Source: an uncultured SAR86 cluster bacterium
GTDB lineage: Bacteria > Pseudomonadota > Gammaproteobacteria > Magnimaribacterales > D2472
Length of the DNA: 64,000 nt
Reading direction: 5' to 3'
Assembly (NCBI GenBank): GCA_902596165.1
Contig: CACJSU010000005.1
Location: 34,607 to 98,606, forward strand
Shown piece by piece: positions 60,724 through 64,000 of the stretch. The position numbers were made by a program, and so were the translations under genes. The notes beneath the pieces were generated by a model. It saw nothing but the letters and a program-made list of their open reading frames with translations, did no database searches and was not told the origin of the DNA. Positions within the stretch are counted from its first letter, which is position 1, and every line of letters begins with the position of its first letter.

Positions 60724-62067
60724 ATGGAAAACTTTATAAATGATCTTGCTGGATTCGTCTGGACATGGAATGTTCCAATCTTAGTTGGATCTGGAATTTT
60801 TTTCTTACTTTATTCAAAGTTAACCCCATTTAAATATTTAAAGCATGCTTTTGAATTAATTTTGGGCAGACACTCTAAACAAGATGATGTTGGTGATGTT
60901 ACTCATTTTCAAGCTTTAACAACTGCTTTATCTGGAACCATTGGTTTAGGTAACATTGCTGGTGTGGCCATCGCAATTAAGTTAGCTGGACCAGGCGCAA
61001 TCTTTTGGATGTGGCTCACTGCAATTGTTGGTATTGCAACTAAATTTTTTACTTGCACCTTATCCGTCATGTATAGAGATGTTGCAGAGGATGGGACAGT
61101 TCGTGGGGGTCCAATGTACGTTATTAAAAATGCACTTCCTCAATCAATGATGCCTTTAGCATACTTTTTTGCTGCTGCCGGATTAATTGGAGCTCTTCCA
61201 GGTTTTCAGAGCAATCAATTGGTTCAAATTATGGGCGATCTTCCTATGTTTCAATTTGATAATTTCAATTTGATAGCCGGAATAGTTTTGGCTGGAGTCA
61301 CTGGAGCAATTATTCTTGGTGGATTGATTAGGATTGCTAAAGTTTCTGAGTGGTTGGTTCCTTCAATGAGTTTGTTGTATTTTTGTTCAGTATTGATTGC
61401 ATTGATGCTGAACTTTGATTCTATCATTCCAGCATTCAAAATTATTATTGAAGATGCTTTTACAGGTTCTGCAGTTGCTGGAGGTAGTGTTATTGCCGTA
61501 ATAATTATGGGAGTTAGGAGAGGAGCACATTCAAATGAGGCTGGAATAGGAACTGAAACACTTGTGCATGGTTCTGCCAAGACATCTAATCCTGTCAAAC
61601 AGGGTCTGGTTGCAATGCTAGGACCAATCTTTGATACCTTAATTATGTGCACCTCAACTGCCTTGCTAATTATTATTTCAGGAGTTTGGCTGGCCTCAGA
61701 TTCAACGGGTGTAACTTTGACTGCTGAAGCATTTAGCGCTCTTCTTGGTCCCACAGGTTATGCAGTATTATTTATATGTGTTGTGAGTTTTGGAGCCAGC
61801 ACAATCTTCACATACTCATTTTATGGTTCAGCTTGCTCTCAGTTTCTGTTTGGAGAAAAGGGAGTAAAAATTTATCAATGGGTCATTATATTATTTGTGA
61901 TTGTTTTTGCTGTTATACCAATTGAGGCAGCAATTAATGTTATCGATATTTCGTTTGCTTTAATGGCTATACCTACATTAATTTCTTCAGTTTGGCTGGC
62001 GCCAAAAGTTATTGAGAAGGCTAGAGATTATTTTGCTGCATTAGAGAAAATCCCTTCAAATTCTTGA
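60724..62067 (+). CDS. Sodium:alanine (amino acid) symporter family transporter (AGCS)
   Basis: 447 aa, about 10-11 TM. FQALTTALSGTIGLGNIAGVAIAI is the AGCS family signature as I recall it. Confidence 0.88.
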   Translation: MENFINDLAGFVWTWNVPILVGSGIFFLLYSKLTPFKYLKHAFELILGRHSKQDDVGDVTHFQALTTALSGTIGLGNIAGVAIAIKLAGPGAIFWMWLTAIVGIATKFFTCTLSVMYRDVAEDGTVRGGPMYVIKNALPQSMMPLAYFFAAAGLIGALPGFQSNQLVQIMGDLPMFQFDNFNLIAGIVLAGVTGAIILGGLIRIAKVSEWLVPSMSLLYFCSVLIALMLNFDSIIPAFKIIIEDAFTGSAVAGGSVIAVIIMGVRRGAHSNEAGIGTETLVHGSAKTSNPVKQGLVAMLGPIFDTLIMCTSTALLIIISGVWLASDSTGVTLTAEAFSALLGPTGYAVLFICVVSFGASTIFTYSFYGSACSQFLFGEKGVKIYQWVIILFVIVFAVIPIEAAINVIDISFALMAIPTLISSVWLAPKVIEKARDYFAALEKIPSNS

Positions 62068-62068
62068 T

Positions 62069-63664
62069 TTATAAATCTTTAATAATTTCTCTAGCTGCAT
62101 TTTTTCCTGGCAGACCAGTTACTCCACCCCCAGGATGAGTTCCTGAACCGCACATATACAATGATTTCAAGGGTCCTCGATAGTTTCCATAGTTCATCAA
62201 TGGCCTAGCTGCCCACATTTGATCAAGAGACATTTGTCCGTGCATGATGTCACCACCAATCAGTCCAAATTTTTCTTCTAAATCCAATGGTGACAAAATC
62301 ATCATTCCTAAAATTGATTCTCTAAAATTAGGAGCATGTTGTGTAACAGTTTCAATAATAGTATCTGCAGCAGCCAAACGATGATCGTGCCAAGAACTTC
62401 CATCAGGCAAAGTTGGAGAGAATTGTTGGCAAAACAGTGAAGCAACGTGTTTACCCTCTGGAGCTAGGGTATTGTCCATCGTAGATGGTATTAGCATTTC
62501 TACAATTGGTGCTGAAGACCAGCCATGAGATTTAGCATCAATGTAAGCTTTGTCCATGTAGTCTAATGTTGGGGCAATTACAATGCCGCTTTGATGGTGT
62601 TCAGCCACTTCTTTACCAGGCAGAGAAGAAAAATCTGGTAATTCAGATAGAGCAACATTCATCCTAAAGGTTCCAGATCCACACTTATAGCCATCCATAC
62701 TGCGATTAAATTCTGGATCAAGATCATTTTCCGATATTAACTTTTTGTATAGTAATTTTGGATTGAGGTTAGAGACTATTTTCTTGGCTTTTATTAAACT
62801 TCCACTATCAAGTTGAATGCCTACAGCGGCACCATCCTGAACAATGACCCGGTCCACAGACGCATCTGTAAAAATCTCAACTCCCATATTAATGCATGCT
62901 TTTTGCATTGCTTGAGTAATTGCGCCCATGCCACCGATTGCATGACCCCATGCTCCTTTTTCTCCGTCAACTTCTCCAAAGACATGATGTAATAAAACAT
63001 AAGCTGAACCTGGTGTGTCAGGGCTGGCAAAATTTCCTACTATTGAATCAAAACCAAATGCAGCTTTAATATGCTCATTTTCAAACCATGAATCAAGAAA
63101 TGAGCGAGCGCTTTTCGTAAATAGATCATATACATCCCTGTGTACTTGATTGCCTTTAGTGGCTATAGGCCAAAGTTGCAAAGCAGCATTTAAAGCAGCC
63201 CTTAAACCTTGCTTCGGATTAGGTGGAGTTTTAATTGAAAGATCTCTGAGAACATCTGCAACTGCTTCAATCCGATCATAATACTCAGGCAATCGAGCAG
63301 CATCCTTTTCAGAAAATCTTTTGAATTCATTTTGTGTTCTCTCGAAGCCGCCACCTAGCTTTAAATAATTAGTATCATTAATAGGAAGAAAATTTGAAAT
63401 AGGGCGCTTTATAATCTCTAAACCATATTCCTTAAGATTCATATCTTTGATGATTTCTGGATTTAGCAAACTGACTGTGTAGCTTGCAACTGAGTTTTTA
63501 AACCCAGGATGAAACTCCTCAGTAACTGCTGCGCCTCCCACAATTGATCTTTTTTCGTAGACATTTACTTTTAAGCCCTTTTTTGCCAAATAATAGGCGC
63601 AGACTAAACCGTTATGACCTCCGCCAATAACAATAATATCTAATGAATTTTGTGAATTAGGCAT
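62069..63664 (-). CDS. FAD-dependent oxidoreductase, phytoene-desaturase (CrtI/PYROXD2-like) family
   Basis: 531 aa. N-terminal Rossmann DIIVIGGGHNGLVCAYYLAK..EKRSIVGGAA, and C-terminal LYMCGSGTHPGGGV. Confidence 0.8.
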   Translation of the reverse strand: MPNSQNSLDIIVIGGGHNGLVCAYYLAKKGLKVNVYEKRSIVGGAAVTEEFHPGFKNSVASYTVSLLNPEIIKDMNLKEYGLEIIKRPISNFLPINDTNYLKLGGGFERTQNEFKRFSEKDAARLPEYYDRIEAVADVLRDLSIKTPPNPKQGLRAALNAALQLWPIATKGNQVHRDVYDLFTKSARSFLDSWFENEHIKAAFGFDSIVGNFASPDTPGSAYVLLHHVFGEVDGEKGAWGHAIGGMGAITQAMQKACINMGVEIFTDASVDRVIVQDGAAVGIQLDSGSLIKAKKIVSNLNPKLLYKKLISENDLDPEFNRSMDGYKCGSGTFRMNVALSELPDFSSLPGKEVAEHHQSGIVIAPTLDYMDKAYIDAKSHGWSSAPIVEMLIPSTMDNTLAPEGKHVASLFCQQFSPTLPDGSSWHDHRLAAADTIIETVTQHAPNFRESILGMMILSPLDLEEKFGLIGGDIMHGQMSLDQMWAARPLMNYGNYRGPLKSLYMCGSGTHPGGGVTGLPGKNAAREIIKDL

Positions 63665-63751
63665 GAGTAAATTATACCTTTGTATGAATATTACATATAA
63701 ATAATGTATATTTAATTTAAGAACAATTTTTTTATTTGAGGTAAAAATAAA

Positions 63752-64000
63752 ATGAAAAAAAAATTTAAAACGTTTTTTCTGTCTGTACCTTTTTTATTTA
63801 TAATCTCATGTTCAAATTCTGATGAGGTACAGGAGTCTAAAGTTACTTGGGATGTAACCAATTACAATATGTACAACGAGTTTATGCAGTGCACTGCAGG
63901 AGAGGAATACAGCCAAGAAGCTCTTGATGTCATGATTGACTCATGGAGAAGTCTTGGATTATCAGAATCCTTGCTTGGAGGTTGGGGTTATGTATCAGTA
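63752..64000 (+). CDS. Putative lipoprotein, 5' part only (runs off the window)
   Basis: ATG preceded by a GAGG SD 9 nt upstream. MKKKFKTFFLSVPFLFIISCSNS has a lipobox (IISC). The frame is open to the window end (83 codons). Confidence 0.5.
   Translation, partial: MKKKFKTFFLSVPFLFIISCSNSDEVQESKVTWDVTNYNMYNEFMQCTAGEEYSQEALDVMIDSWRSLGLSESLLGGWGYVSV

Noticed and set aside
63755-63763. A9 homopolymer directly after the lipoprotein ATG, and similar A8-A9 or T8 runs elsewhere (for example around 31586, 12071 and 1810), as possible slipped-strand phase-variation tracts.
   Set aside because: In this AT-rich genome the runs simply encode Lys or Phe stretches (KKK, FFF). There is no contingency-locus context, and the tracts are short.
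58765-64000. Classical integrated genomic island at tRNA-Ser.
   Set aside because: I found no integrase or recombinase, and no direct repeat of the tRNA 3' end by eye in the downstream 5.2 kb. Spot GC counts match the core. I kept only the weaker claim of a variable flank with GNAT plus Pif1 as a finding.
1-64000. CRISPR arrays, IS elements or transposases, prophage genes, rRNA, riboswitches or leader peptides upstream of the leu and trp genes.
   Set aside because: None seen. Spacers are too short to hold them (leuC starts 1 bp after aroC, and trpF overlaps truA). No repeat-spacer periodicity or transposase-like ORF appears in any frame of the ORF track.

Overview
All calls come from reading the ORF translations and intergenic DNA by eye and recalling family motifs; no BLAST, HMM or RNA-folding search was run. 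The window looks like a chromosomal stretch of an AT-rich, very gene-dense, Gammaproteobacteria-like genome. Spot counts on single 60-nt lines gave 22-23 G+C per 60 nt. I call about 61 CDS, 2 tRNAs (Asn-GUU, Ser-GCU) and 2 consensus LexA (SOS) boxes. I saw no transposase, integrase, CRISPR array, rRNA or long repeat. Gene order matches well-known E. coli and Pseudomonas neighbourhoods: leuCDB-asd-fimV-truA-trpF..accD-dedD-cvpA-purF, lpxH-ppiB/cysS, mltF/purL, alaS-lysC..tRNA-Ser(GCU), and topA convergent with lexA. Other content is core metabolism: prpBCD plus acnB, aroC, purL, pyrD, galU, nadK, uvrB and umuDC. Packing is extreme. From aroC to purF (22361-35683), 14 co-directional genes have no gap above 8 bp. 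Every convergent gene junction either overlaps or has a gap of 9 bp or less. The longest noncoding stretch is 174 bp. I did not find a clear multi-gene novel system. The best leads are: (1) the SOS box shared by lexA and a divergent 5'-nucleotidase-thrH-queH cluster; (2) a GNAT plus stand-alone Pif1-family helicase directly after tRNA-Ser, at a locus where csrA is missing; (3) local oddities, namely a dihydroorotase-like gene with DQVH instead of HxH, an SDR with the catalytic Tyr replaced, a domain-reduced MltF, no folC in the accD-purF block, -10-like hexamers 7-8 nt before several ATGs, and terminator-less convergent overlaps.
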